Numbered from the stretch's first letter, positions 50,226 through 63,116 are shown. The stretch is 64,000 nt of DNA from Octopus sinensis (GCF_006345805.1 NC_043004.1:5518001-5582000); one strand, 5' to 3'. The notes: generated by a model not told the origin, from the sequence alone. Translations and numbers: made by a program.

Positions 50226-50679
50226 TAGGCTTCAGTCTAGAACTATTTAGGTATGCATACTGTGAATATTTGGTTGGCAGAATAAATTCACTAAGAACCT
50301 AAAAATATCTGTAATTAGAAAGAAGAGAAAGCAATGCTAAGTAGAAAATGAAAGTTTATACATTGCATTAAAAATGGTGAGTGATGCATGCCATCGGGAT
50401 ATAATAACTCAAAGACATTCTTTCAGTTAGTTAAGAGTTGGATATTGTCTTCAGGTGTAGTCTTTCAGGGTCCACATTTGTTGTTAAAGTTGGGGAATTT
50501 GTACCCTGTCAAACAGTGGTGTATGTAATACTTAGCTAAAAATTCCTAGTTCTTTTTGGTTTTTTCATTCCTATTTACAAGAAACCACGTATATGTGTGT
50601 GCGTGTACTTATCTGTCTGTCTGCTGGCCTGCCTGTTTGCCTATATGTCTGTCTACTTGCATGTCTGTCTGTCTGTATA

Positions 50680-50730
<51 letters not shown>

Positions 50731-50841
50731 CCCCACCTTTTTTTTCCTTCTTCCCAAAAAGAAAAGCTTTTCTTTGTATTTTGTCCCTTCTGTGTTCAGC
50801 CCTGCATAGCCAATAAAGAAATCTATCTATCTATCTATCTT

Positions 50842-50915
<74 letters not shown>

Positions 50916-50989
50916 GTACTGTCTATTTACCTATGTGTTTATCTCTCTATCTGTCTGCCTGTCTGTTTTCTTGCTGCACCTACAATGAT

Positions 50990-51355
50990 GCATCACCTGC
51001 TCTTACATTAACAACACTACAACCACCATCAGGCCTAAGTCACAGTACCACTGCCCAAAACGTCTGTGGTACATTGTCCATCATTACATGTTGCATCATT
51101 TTCAAGCTTTGTAGTGCTCTTTATATTGGGAAAACAGGCCAATACCTTGCTAATTACTTTCAGGAGTACATTGAAAGCACACTATTATGTATGCCTGATC
51201 AATTTGTCATCACCCACTTCAACATAACAGACCATTGCTTTATCCTCATAACAGTGTGCAACATTTCCTCATGCCTTGGGTACACATACTCAGGGAAATG
51301 GTAGGAACCACATTTACTAGTCAAACTTGGTACTATGTGATTGATGGATTTAGAT
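50990..51355 (+). mobile_element. Penelope-like GIY-YIG endonuclease relic
   Basis: ORF 50933-51304 contains IITCCIIFKLCSALYIGKTGQYLANYFQEY...HFNITDH, matching the PLE pattern IY.I.C..C...YIG.T...L..RF.EH...HF. Confidence 0.8.
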
Positions 51356-51368
51356 GAACATATATACC

Positions 51369-51602
51369 TATTTCTTTATTACCCACAAGGGGCTAAACAC
51401 AGAGGGGACAAACAAGGACAGACATAGGTATCAAGTCGATTACATCGACCCCAGTGTGTAACTGGTACTTAATTTATCGACCCCGAAAGGATGAAAGGCA
51501 AAGTTGACCTCGGCGGAATTTGAACTCACAATGTAATGGCAGACGAAATACCGCTAAGCATTTTGCCCGGCGTGCTAACGTTTCTGCCAGCTCGCCGCCT
51601 TA
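51369..51602 (-). mobile_element. SINE family C
   Basis: Full-length copy. Confidence 0.92.
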
Positions 51603-51617
51603 TATGAACATATATAC

Positions 51618-51828
51618 TGCCTGACTGGCCCTCATGCTGGTGGCACGTAAAAGCACCCACTACACTCTCAGAGTGGTTGGCGTTAGGAAGGGCATCCAGC
51701 AGTAGAAACTCTGCCAGATCAAGATTGGAGCCTGGTGCAGCCATCTGGCTCACCAGTCCTCAGTCAAACTGTCCAACCCATGCTAGCATGGAAAGCGGAC
51801 GTTAAACGATGATGATGATGATGATGAT
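51618..51828 (+). mobile_element. RTE 3' tail copy
   Basis: Near-identical to 2815-3022. Confidence 0.9.
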
Positions 51829-52248
51829 CTTCCTTCTGCTCCTACACCTCTCCTAAGTTCAGTAATCATTTTATTATCCTTTAACTTCCCCTCTCACCTC
51901 AATTTTCCCTTTCATCTCACCCTCAACTTCACTCACTTTTTGTCCTTATTTCCTTTCCATCTAAATCCCTCATCAAGTTTCTCCCATAAATTCCTGTCTG
52001 CCAATGAAGCTCATATTGTCTTGCATTCCTCATTTGTTGCAACCAGTTTCTCAAACATAGAAGATGTTCAACTTTGCTGTCTTTCTTTATTTCCCCTCTG
52101 TCAATGTTTAACTGAAGAAGGACTTGGTAGAAAACATTGGATTTTTCCACTCTCTCTAGTGATTTCACTGTACTTTTTCTGTTAACGCTGATCAATACTA
52201 GTCACTTTGGATTCCATTTTATTCATATATGTATGTATGTACGTACAC

Positions 52249-52283
<35 letters not shown>

Positions 52284-52294
52284 TATATATACAT

Positions 52295-53390
52295 CAAGGA
52301 TCAGCTAAAAAGTTCATAGGCTGACCAAGATACTTTCATGGAATGTGACCAAATATGGTTTTATTTTTCAACATAGTCCCCCTTGCAGTCCACACACTTT
52401 TTCCATCAGTGTTGCAGTACTTGGATCACATTGGTGAAGAAGTTTTCATCCTGTTGCTCAAAAAGTCATCAACAGCAGATACAATATCATCGTCATTGCA
52501 ATGCTAGTGCCCAGCCAAGTGTTTTTCATGCTGGGGAACAGATAGTCAGATGAGACCAAAATCAGGAGGATAGGGGCAGTGATCAACCAGTTCAAGGCCA
52601 CAATCATGCACAGCGGCCATTGAAACCAAGAGTTTGTGGGCTGGAGCATTGTCCTGATGAAACAAGACCCCTTTTGTCAGTTTTTCTGGGTGTTTGGTCT
52701 TGATAATCTTTTGTAACTGCCTCAATGTGTTGGCATAGAACATTCCATTGATGTGTGGCCATTTGGAAGATATCCAATAAACAGAATGCTTTTTGCATCC
52801 GAAAAACTGAAGGTGCCACCTTAGCCTTCTTTTGAGCAGGTGGGGAAAGGTGTTTCCACTGCATGGATTATTTCTTTGCCTCTGGATCAAAGTGATGAAC
52901 TCAACACTCTTCCTGAGTTAGGAAATGTTAAAAAAACCCCAGCTGAATCTGCCTCAAACAATGTCAGATTTTTCTATGATGTGATCAACCTGGTATGCTT
53001 TTGATCAGGTGTTGGAAGATGGGCACCCCGCCGAGCAGAAACCATCATTTTGCCAAGTTCATTGTGCAGAATATTCTCAACACTCTCACTGGATATGCTA
53101 ATAGCATTGGCTATTAGACTAATAGCCAATCACATATCATCCATCACCATGTGGTGAACACAATCAATGATAGCAATTGCAGGACATCCTGATCTTGGGT
53201 CACCTTCAGACTCTCATCTCCTCTCCTAAATTCAGCTGAAGTGTCATCCCTAAATGTAGCAAACATGTCTGCATGAACATCACTGGGGTCTAAACCTTTT
53301 TTCAGCAAGTACTTCATAATACCACAATGCCAAATTTTGTCAATTTTCAAGATAAGTTGCTACTAGTTACTTTTGAAGTCTTCCTTGAGC
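52295..53390 (-). mobile_element. Mariner element, near full length, transposase pseudogene
   Basis: N-terminus MKIDKIWHCGIMKYLLKKGL...AEFRRGDESL; catalytic GVLFHQDNAPAH...HCPYPPD; degenerate TIRs caagga.......aaaagt at both ends. Confidence 0.9.
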
Positions 53391-53414
53391 AGTCAAATAT
53401 CACTTTACCTAAAA

Positions 53415-54769
53415 CAGTGGCTCTTAACTATTTTCATTGTCTTACCCACTGAGACTCTCCTGGGTATTACCATGACCCCTATAATAAATTATGTAATGGT
53501 GGCCCCTGTCCCTATGATAAATTTTTTTGGTGAACTTTACATAATGGTAAGATAAAAGAAAACTATATGAAGGTCCTAATTTATTGAAGATATTACAAGT
53601 AAAAGACCTTGAAACATGCTACAAGTGCTAAAAAATGCATGGTACTACCAAACATCGTACCAAACCTACTTATTCACTCAGTGGGAGATTTGATATTGTT
53701 TTGTAGCCATAAGTACATCAAAGCAAGGAGCAGTGCTCGACAGACAACACTTCATGCTAGCATCAATCACAAGCTTATGGCATGCCTTCATTTTCAGTGC
53801 CATCATTACTGAGAATCTAGCATTGCAGTGATAGGTTGAGGAGGACTGGATCAGCATGGTCAGTGCACACGTCAAAAGAAAAGAATAGTCATCCTTCAGT
53901 TTTGCCTAAAATGCCAGAAGCTTTTACTATACTCTTTACTCTTTTACTTGTTTCAGCCATTTGACTGTGGCCATGCTGGAGCACCACCTTTAGTCAAGCA
54001 AATCGACCCCAGGACTTATTCATTGTAAGCCTAGTACTTATTCTATTGGTCTCTTTTGCTGAACTGCAAACACACCAGCATCGGTTATCAAGAGATGTTG
54101 GGAGGGGACAAACACAGACACACAAACATATACACACACATACATATATACATATATATGATGGGCTTCTTTCAGTTTCCATCTACCAAATCCACTCACG
54201 AGGCTTTGGTCAGCCTGAGGCTATAGTAGAAGACACTTGCCCAAGTGGGACTGAACCTGGAACCATGTGGTTGGTAAGCAATCTACTTACCACAGAGCCA
54301 CTCCTATGCCTTTCTTGTTCAGAAAAGTCAACTTTCAACTGAGTATCCTCATGAATTTGAAGGAATTCTACCTTTGTAGCAACATCAGTAACACTGATGG
54401 CACTGTCCTTCACTGAAAAGGATCTGCAGATCCTCACATCATTACAGCAGTCATCCAATTCTGGGAAGTAACTTTTGATGGCATCATTACCAGAAGATGT
54501 GCTGAAAGTTCTTCATGGAAACTACATTCAGCTTCTGGCATAGAATCTAGGATAGTTGTCATCTGAGGGAAGAAAGGTGTGTCATTGTCCTTAACGCTTT
54601 TCTGGTAAAGTTGAATCTTACACTTGAATGCTGCATTGCGATATGTCACATACATGAAATAAATTACTTTCTCCCAAACACTCTACAACCCCTCTTAGAA
54701 ACCCCAAACAACCTCCCCACCAGGTATTACAGTCCTTAAGGGTTACAACCCCCAGGTTAAGAATTGCTG
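53415..54769 (-). mobile_element. hAT (Charlie/Buster-type) deletion derivative
   Basis: TIRs cagtggctcttaac / gttaagaattgctg with an exact 8-bp TSD ACCTAAAA (53407-14, 54770-77); remnant C-terminus STYHCNARFS...KQYQISH*. Confidence 0.9.
53931..54310 (-). mobile_element. SINE family A nested in the hAT element
   Basis: Reverse complement of the 18876-19275 type. Confidence 0.9.
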
Positions 54770-54957
54770 ACCTAAAAAGAAACAATGCAGTTATTGATAA
54801 GAAGGGTTGAAATTAATGCATGCAAGATTTCACGGCTCTAGCATCAGTCCTTCATAGTCAGCCTATGAACTTATTTCACACACATACACATATGCACACA
54901 TGCACACACACACACACACACACACATACACACACACATGCATTCATATAATGCTTA

Positions 54958-55595
54958 CCTTTTACTTCTTTCAGTCATTAGACTGTGGCCATGCTGGGGC
55001 GCTGCCTTGGAGAATTTCTTTAGTTGATTCAATCGACCCCAGTTCTTTTTTTTTTAAATCCTGGTATTTCTTCTATCAGTTTCTTTTACCAAACCACTAA
55101 GTTACTGGGATGTAAACACACCAACACCGGTTGTCAAGCTGTGGTGGGGGACAAACACAGATACAAAAACACACACACATAAATATACATATATATACAA
55201 TGGGCTTCTATTAGTTTCTGTCTACCAAATCCACTCACAAGGCTTTGGTTGGCCTGAGGATATAGCAGAAGACACATACCCAAGGTGTCATGCAGACGGA
55301 CTGAACCCAGAACCGTGTGGTTGGGAGGCAGGCTTTTTATTTTTTTATTGCCCACTAGGGGCTAAACACAGAGGGGACAAACAAGGACAGACAAATGGAT
55401 TAAGTCGATAACATCGACTCCAGTGCATAACTGGTACTTAATTTTTTGACCCTGAAAGTATGAAAGGCACGGTCGACCTCAGCTGAATTTGAACACAGAA
55501 TGTAACGGCAGACGAAAAACTGCTAAGCATTTCGCCCGGCATGCTAACGTTTCTGCCAGCTCACCACCTTCTTACCACACAGCCACACCCGTGCT
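54958..55595 (-). mobile_element. SINE family A interrupted by a SINE C
   Basis: The head resumes at 55570 (cttaccacacagccacaccc) after the insertion. Confidence 0.85.
55340..55570 (-). mobile_element. SINE family C nested in a SINE A head
   Basis: Full family-C sequence between the two parts of the SINE A head. Confidence 0.9.
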
Positions 55596-55631
55596 TATGC
55601 ATGTACATTTATATATATGTTTTTATGAATA

Positions 55632-55670
<39 letters not shown>

Positions 55671-55772
55671 ATTATTATTTAAGGGAATAAAATCCAAACT
55701 TACAAGGAAAAAAATTCAATTTAGAAATACTAAATCAAATTTCACACAATATAATATATATATATATATAAA

Positions 55773-56072
55773 AAATTAGAAAAAAACACCTTTTATCAAT
55801 TCAAAATGAAGAATTAAATTACGCCATCTAGAAAATTACATATAATAGAAAAGTTAAAATTAAAACAACAATAAAATGTAAAGATTAAGTAAATTGCAAA
55901 AATAATAATAAAAAGATATATAATATACGTTTTTATTATTATTTTTGCAATTTACTTAATCTTTACATTTTATTGTTATTTTAATTTTAACTTTTCTATT
56001 ATATATAATTTTCTAGATGGTGTAATTTAATTGTTCATTTTGAATTGATAAAAGGTGTTTTTTTTCTAATTT
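55773..56072. repeat. AT-rich fold-back (about 140-bp arms, about 15-nt loop)
   Basis: aaattagaaaaaaacaccttttatcaattcaaaatg...ttgcaaaaataataataaaa versus its reverse complement at 55930-56072. Confidence 0.9.
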
Positions 56073-56115
56073 ATATATATATATATAATATGCCTACATG
56101 CATACATAACCATAG

Positions 56116-56172
<57 letters not shown>

Positions 56173-56836
56173 CACATACACATATATATGCTGCATATGT
56201 GCATATGTAAATATGTCAATACATCATACATATTTATGCACACATGCAAAGTCCCTCACATGCACACGCCCAGTCACCCCCACTCCCAACCTACACACAC
56301 ACAAACACACATATACGCATGCATAAACATGCATGAAACTTTTCTTGTAAAATCCCATATGAACAAACAAACAAGGTTCATAAATGTACATAAATTACAT
56401 CAAATTCAGTCATGCATTCATATTATTTTTTGTTATGCATCCATGCACTCATTCATGCATTTCATTAAGTATGCATATCTGCATATGTAAATGGCTTTAT
56501 TTTGTTTTTTGTTTTGTTTTCTGCTTTTTTTTTTCTTTATTTTTGTAAGTACATTTTGAAGCACCTAAAAATGCTAGCATCATTTGCTTGTGATGTGTGG
56601 AGTTGGGTAAAGGAATCTAAATTTAGGCTTCTGATAAAACATTACATTCCAAGCAACACCTCCACGTCGTTAGTATGATTTAAAGCTTTCTGAAATTATA
56701 TGATATCTGACCAGAGTAGGATCTTGATGTGAGAAGATTAGTCATTTCCTTGTTATGGAAGCCTTTTTTTTAAAAAAAAAAAATTATTTAAAAAAATTTT
56801 TCCATCTATTTTTTTATTTTTTATTTATACAATATA

Positions 56837-57170
56837 GGCGCAGGAGTGGCTGTGTGGTAAGTAGCTTGCTTACCAACCACATGGTTCCGGGTTCAGTCCC
56901 ACTGCATGGCACCTTGGGCAAGTGACTTCTACTATAGCCTCGGGCCGACCAAAGCCTTGTGAGTGGATTTGGTAGACGAAAACTGAAAGAAGCCTGTCGT
57001 ATATATGTATATGTACATATATATGTGATGTGTTTGTCCCCCCAACATCGCTTGACAACCGATGGTGGTGTGTTTACGTCCCCGTAACTTAGCGGTTCGG
57101 CAAAAGAGACTGATAGAATAAGTACTAGGCTTACAAAGAATAAGTCCTGGGGGTCGATTTCCTTGACTAA
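56837..57170 (+). mobile_element. SINE family A (3'-truncated)
   Basis: ggcgcaggagtggctgtgtggtaag head. Confidence 0.9.
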
Positions 57171-57349
57171 AAAAAAAAATGTATATATATATATATAAGT
57201 TTTAGCTGAGTTTAATGTGTACATATGTGTATGTATGTGTATGTATATATGAATTTCTGCTGTTAAACCAGCACACTTGCAATGCTATGCAGCAGATGGG
57301 ATGAGGGGATGCAAGAATAGAGGAATGCAGGAATCAAGGGATTTATGAA

Positions 57350-58095
57350 CTGAAATATGTGCAGTTAAGAAGCTCACTTTGTCAGCAGGTAGTTTCAGGT
57401 TCAGTCCTGATACACAGCGCCTTGGGGTCATTAATGCTATGAGAGTGAATTCAGGAGACAGAAACTATGAGGAAGCTCAATACATACATGTGTGTGTCTG
57501 TGTGTGTGCATGTGTGTGTGTGTGTGTGTGTTTGTTTCCGTGCATGTGTGTGTGTATGTGTGTGTGTTTGTTTGTGTGTGTGTGTTTGTTTCCCTGCATG
57601 TGTGTGTGTATGTATGTGTGTGTGTGTGTGTGTTTGTGTATGTGTGTGAGTGTGTATGTATATGTGTAAGGGGTTGCTGAAAAGTTCCTGGCTTTTGGTA
57701 AAAGAAAATACAGGAAGGTCAGTTTAATATGATTTCATCCAGCCTATTCACCTCCCAGATTCATGCACTTGTTGCAGCGGTCCTTCAGTTTTTCTAAGCC
57801 TTGTAAAAGAACTCGGAATATTGGGCTTCAACTAGGCCTTATGTAATACCCTTAAAGCTGGGAACTTTTCTGAAACCCCTTGTATATGTATATATGTATG
57901 TGCATGTTTTTTTATGCTTGTCTCTCACCACTGCTTGACAACCAGTATTAATTTGTTTATGTTCTTGTGACTTAGCAGTTCAGCAAAAGATTCTGACAGA
58001 AAAAGCACCAGTCTTCAAAAAAAAAAAAAGGGTCAGGAATCAATTTGTTTGACTAAGCACTTCAAGGAGGTGCCCCAGAATGGTTGCAGTCCTAT
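57350..58095 (+). mobile_element. Old SINE family A carrying a MITE in its microsatellite
   Basis: Degenerate head at 57350-57480; tail cttgacaaccag...gtgccccagaatgg at 57930-58095. Confidence 0.65.
57667..57884. mobile_element. Mariner-derived MITE
   Basis: TA|aggggttgctgaaaagttcctggcttt ... aaagctgggaacttttctgaaaccccttg|TA. Confidence 0.88.
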
Positions 58096-58248
58096 GACTA
58101 ATACAGAAGATGATAGTGCATCTATCATATTCAGTGGACATGAGAGATGCTCTACCATCATACCAAAGCAACCTCTTGAATTTTCTCAATCTGTTGTAGC
58201 TTTGTTCTTGTCAGTGATGCATCGATACATTATAGAAAAACAAAGTGT

Positions 58249-58548
58249 GGAGGCACATGACTTAGTGGCTTGGGTATTTGGCTCATCGTAAAGTTATGAG
58301 TTCGATTCCCAGCAGTGTATTGTGTTTTTGAGCACAATACTCTATTTCACATTGCTCCAGTCCACATAGCTGGTAATTGAAAGGACTACCCTTGTCACAT
58401 TCTGTGTCACACTGAATCTCCCTGGGAACTACATTGAGGGTATGCTTGCCCGTGGAGTGCTTGGCCACTTGCACATTAATTTCATGAGCAGGCTGTTCTA
58501 TTGATCAGGTCAACTGGAACCCTTGTCTTTCTAACCAACAGAGTGCCA
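58249..58548 (+). mobile_element. SINE family B1
   Basis: B box gagttcgattccc and B1 tail. Confidence 0.88.
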
Positions 58549-58673
58549 GTTATAGAAAAACTGGCGACGAGCTGGCAGTTATAGAAAAAAATAAGGCGGC
58601 GAGCTGGCAGTTATAGAAAAAATAAGGCGGCGAGCTGGCAGTTATAGAAAAAAATAAGGCAGCGAGCTGGCAG
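58547..58673. repeat. Four tandem copies of a ~31-bp unit spanning a SINE junction
   Basis: cagttatagaaaaaaataaggcggcgagctgg repeated four times. Confidence 0.9.
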
Positions 58674-58890
58674 ACACGTTAGCATGCCAGGCAAAACGCT
58701 TAGCGGTATTTCGTCTGCCATTACATTCTGAGTTAAAATTCCGCCAAGGTCGACTTTGCCTTTCATCCTTTCGGGGTCGATAAATTAAGTACCAGTTATG
58801 CACTGGGGTCGATGTAATCGACTTAATCCGTTTGTCTGTCCTTCTTTGTCCCCTTTATCTTTAGCCCCTTGTGGACAATTAAGAAATAAG
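58650..58890 (+). mobile_element. SINE family C
   Basis: Full-length copy. Confidence 0.92.
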
Positions 58891-59319
58891 AAAAACACAA
58901 TCTTTCACTTTCATGGAAGTCTTTCATAAAGTATTTGATTGCTTATTTTGAAGATATAAGGGTGTATACCCACATAAGTTTACTAATAGCTAGATCAGTA
59001 ATGCTGCACTTCCCAGGGTGTTTGTTGTGCAACCAACTTAAGGTCAATAATGCGCAGTGCTAATAATATTAAAGCAACATGCTGTTCTGTGCACATTAAC
59101 AGATGTTTCTTCATGCATAACTTAATCTCAACAACTATATGCATGTATACATAGAAGTGGGAGTAATTTGTGTACGTATGCATCTTTTATATGTGTGTAT
59201 GTCTATGTGCATCTGTATGCATGCATGTGTGTGTGTGTATACATCATCATCCTCATCATCTTGTAACATTCATCTCTCATGTCGGCTTTGATTGGATGGT
59301 GTGGATGTGTTTATTCCAC

Positions 59320-59604
59320 TTGTGTTCCAATTGATCCAATCAACAGAAAATTAACAGGCAAGTAGCTGAGTACACCACAGACATGTTTACCCTTAATGTA
59401 GTTCTCAGGGAAAGTCAGCATGGCACAGAATGTGACAAAGTTGGCTCTTTGAATTGCAGGTACAGCTCATTTTTGGCAGCTGGGTGGACTGGAGCAACAT
59501 GAAATAGAGTACCTTGTTCAGGAACACAACACACTGCCAGGAATTGAACTCATGACCTTACGATTGTGATCTGACCATCCTAACCACTAAGCCACACACC
59601 TTCA
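59320..59604 (-). mobile_element. SINE family B1
   Basis: Homologous to 1586-1914. Confidence 0.85.
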
Positions 59605-59613
59605 CTAATGTCT

Positions 59614-59820
59614 ATCATCATTTAACGCCCATCTTTCATGCTGACATTGGTTGGACGTTTTAATAGAATCACACTAACTCGGGGTCTGCATTGGTCTCCA
59701 ATGTCAAGTTTGGCAAGGTTTCTATGGCTGGATGCTCTTCCCAATGCCAACCACTTTACAGAGTGTAATGGTGCTTTTTGCATGCCACTAGCACTAGTGG
59801 GGTCACCATGTATTATGCAA
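59614..59820 (-). mobile_element. RTE 3' tail copy
   Basis: atcatcatttaacgcccatc...atgccaaccactttacagagtg. Confidence 0.8.
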
Positions 59821-60429
59821 GGCTCCTTCACAGAACAAGTGTGCAGTACTGTAGGAAGTGGCTTTGTGCCTGGTACAGAGAGGCTAAAATAGAAAAAGGG
59901 GCCGGATTAGATGTATTGCTGTAGAGGAGATTCATGGGTACCCTAGCAGGAAAGGAAGAAAGGATGGTGGAGATGCGGTATCAAGACATGTCTTCAAGGT
60001 ATAAGAAAATGGTTTGAGAGAGAATAGGGGCAAATAATCGAGGATGGATTAGTAGGTGAAGTGTAGGTGAGAATGAAAAGGCTCTTGATATTTTAATCAG
60101 AATGATAAATATATGAATAGTATTATTGCTATCAAATAACTCCAATCACCCCAACTTTAACAAAGAGGTAGTTGATAATTAAGTACTAAGAGAAACTCAC
60201 AGTTTCAGCACACTGGATATCACATTTCTGTCTTGTTTGACGTTGCATTAAATTTTTGGGAATCTAATCGCTCGGGAATTATAAATGATGTAAAATTAAT
60301 CTTAAAATATATAATTTATATTTTAATAAAGACATTCTTAAATTTCTTTCAGTATAAAATCTCTGCCTAGTAGGCAAATCTTTACTTGTGAACATGGTAT
60401 AAGCAATGGGCCACCAACACTGTATTCAC

Positions 60430-60660
60430 CTCCTGTGTATTTTAATTGTGGACTGGTGCATTGTCCTGGTTCCGGTGCTCTGGCCTTTTGTGACAAAATC
60501 TTTACTTGAACTCGCTCAAAACCTCCACAAAGTACTCTATGTTGACCATCTGGCCAGAGGGAACACAGTGAATGTAGATGATGCCCTTGGTATTGAAAAA
60601 GGGAATCATTGTGAACTTGCTTTGCCTGGCCTCTTGTGCCAGTGAAAAACAGATGCTTGG
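60430..60660 (-). mobile_element. Mariner transposase fragment
   Basis: Minus translation RPGKASSQ/MIPFFNTKGIIYIHCVPSGQMVNIEYFVEVL...KRPEHRNQDNAPVH. Confidence 0.8.
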
Positions 60661-60968
60661 TTCATGCAAGTTAATTCATAAACAGCCTGGTGCATTTAAT
60701 ATTTTTCTGTCGCATTTTTGCTCAGTTTAACACAAAACTTATTGCAAAGTGAGTTTCCAAATTGTCTTCATGTCCTGACTGCATTCTGACAAAAAAACGT
60801 CAGCAATGACAAACAATGTGTTTGTCACAGGGTGTGTTCAAAATGCTGTTATAGCCATCACTTTCAATCTGGAATAACAAAAGCTGGCAGGTCAGCTTAT
60901 TAGATGCATAGTAATGATATTCTAAAATTACAACAAGTTAGGGCAGTTATAACTGCCTCTCCTAAAAA

Positions 60969-61071
60969 TTCTTCTTCTTCTTCTTCTTCTTCTTCTTCTT
61001 CTTCTTCTTCTTCTTCTTCTTCTTCTTCTTCTTCTTCTTCTTCTTCTTCTTCTTCTTCTTCTTCTTCTTCT
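60969..61071. repeat. (TTC)n microsatellite
   Basis: Directly visible. Confidence 0.95.
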
Positions 61072-61074
61072 ATG

Positions 61075-61350
61075 GCTCTGGGTCAACCAATGCTTTGTGA
61101 GTAAATCTGGAGGAAACTGTATGGAAGCCCAACATGTGTGTGTGTGTATCTATGTTTGTTTTTGTCTCCCACCCAACTGCTTTATGACCAGTGTTAGTTT
61201 GTTTATGTCCATGTAACTCAGTTAAGCAAAACAGATTGATAGAATAAATGCCAGACTTAAAAAAATAAGCACCAGGGTATGTTTGACCAAACCTTCAAGA
61301 TGGTGCCCCAGCATGGCCACAGTCAAATGACTTAAACAAGTAAAAGATGG
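61075..61350 (+). mobile_element. Old SINE family A, 5'-truncated
   Basis: caaccaatgctttgtgag...ggtgccccagcatggccacagtcaaatgac. Confidence 0.7.
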
Positions 61351-61374
61351 AAAGGAGATAGAATCAGGTCAACT

Positions 61375-61590
61375 GACCTTGAAAATACCATTCTATAAGG
61401 AACTGTGAAGGAGGGTAAGAAAGAGAAGGGGGTAGAATAAAAAATGGACAGATAACATCATAGAAAAGACTGGTAGATCATTAGCAGACGTCTGAGGTCT
61501 GGTATGCAACTGTGACAAATAACAAAGATTGGTATACAGCTTGTCACAATGGCACCCCTATGATTTTGTCACTGAGGGTTCAAACAAACA
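61375..61590 (+). mobile_element. Old RTE C-terminal remnant
   Basis: LENTIL*GTVKEG...KKWTDNI resembles IL.GTVEG.R.RGRP.K.W.DNI. Confidence 0.6.
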
Positions 61591-61799
61591 AGTTATTAGC
61601 GTATTGAGTACTGTATAGTCCAATCCTTGTTGTAGTGTACTGGTTTGTATGCCTTAACAATTTTGAGAGGTATACAAGTGGAATGCAAGCCCCTGGTATT
61701 GTTTCCCATGCTGAAAAAGTTAAAAGATAGGGACCAGACTAATATGGAACACCTCTACCTAGAGCTTAAGATGAGTTTGTGTAGGGCCAAGACTCCTGC

Positions 61800-62165
61800 C
61801 AAGAAAAAAAGCAAAGTTACAACAGAAGCATCACTGACATTTCAGAACCAATGAGACCTGGGAGAGGAAGGCCTTCCCTCAGGGAAATGTATAACATGGT
61901 GTAGCAAAATCCAAAAAGGATGGGGAAAGGCCACATCCTAAAGAAATCAATGTCTGGCATTAAATATCAAGCTCAGACCTGGAACCTACAAGAGAGGTGG
62001 AAAGGAGGATGCCCTAAAAATAGCTGGTGGTAGGATATTGAGGCAGAGCTGAAAAAGCAGAGAACTAACTGAAAAGAAGCAGAAAAGAAAAGACAAAGAA
62101 CAGTGGAGAAGTCAGCAATGGCATGTACTTCATAGAGAGTGAAGAGCTAAATTAAGTATAGAGGG
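61800..62165 (+). mobile_element. Old RTE C-terminal remnant (another family)
   Basis: ggaaaggccacatcctaaag...acctggaacctacaagagagg...gaggcagagctgaaaaag resembles W.GH.LRK...WNP.G.R.RG...EAELKK. Confidence 0.55.
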
Positions 62166-62194
62166 GCCATATTCTATTGATTACCAAAAGAATC

Positions 62195-62440
62195 ATCATC
62201 GTCATCATCATCATCATCATCATCATTTAATGTCCATTTTCCATGCTGGCATGGGTTGGTTGCTTTGACAGGAGCTTGTAAGGCCAAAAGGCTGCACCAA
62301 GTTCAGTAGTCTGTTTTGGCTTGGTTTCTACAATTGGAAGCCTTTTCTGACACCAACCATTTTACAGAGTGCACTGGGGGACTTGCATGTTGCACCAGAA
62401 CCAGTGCTTTTTTTTATGTGGCACCAACACTAATGCTTGA
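62195..62440 (-). mobile_element. RTE 3' tail copy
   Basis: (CAT)n-ttaatgtccattttccatgctggcatgggttgg. Confidence 0.8.
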
Positions 62441-62879
62441 AAAACAAAATCATCTCTGTGTGATGTTTAGCTCAAAAAATATTAAACAGCAAAGTAGAAA
62501 TTCTAAGGCACCCAACCAAACTCCCTGCCATCTGAACAGTTTCAGTATTCTATCAATAGTAATAAGGATTTATCATGTTACTACAAACCACATACTTATA
62601 GGGGAGGAGTCAAGGATATTGAATCACCTCTCATTATATTACCAGCAAAGTTGATCCCAGCAGGATTTGAAGTCAATACATTAAGAGATGTAACTAAATA
62701 TGGTGAGAAATTTACCCTGGTACTTTGCTGTTTCTCATACTCACTGCACTTTCTAACAATAACAATATTAACAACAACAAAAACATCAAAATATTGGAAA
62801 CACTATTTGCTGCCCAGCATGTAATGTGGTCTCTAACTAGCAAGCTCCTTTTTTTCTTCTCCTCCCACCAATGCCAACC

Positions 62880-63075
62880 AATGTCGTTAAATTGCAGCCA
62901 TGGTGGTGCATTGTCATGAAGAATTTTTTGTTGACTTGATTGACCTCAGTGCTTATTTTTTTAAAGCTTGGTATTTATTCTGTTGGTTTCTATTACTGAA
63001 CCAGTAAGTTACAGGGATGTAAACACACCAACAGGGGTTATTAAGCAGTGGTGGGGGACAACCACAGACAAAACG

Positions 63076-63105
<30 letters not shown>
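62880..63105 (-). mobile_element. SINE family A, 3' half
   Basis: gcagccatggtggtgca...gatgtaaacacaccaac. Confidence 0.75.
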
Positions 63106-63107
<2 letters not shown>

Positions 63108-63116
63108 TTATATATC

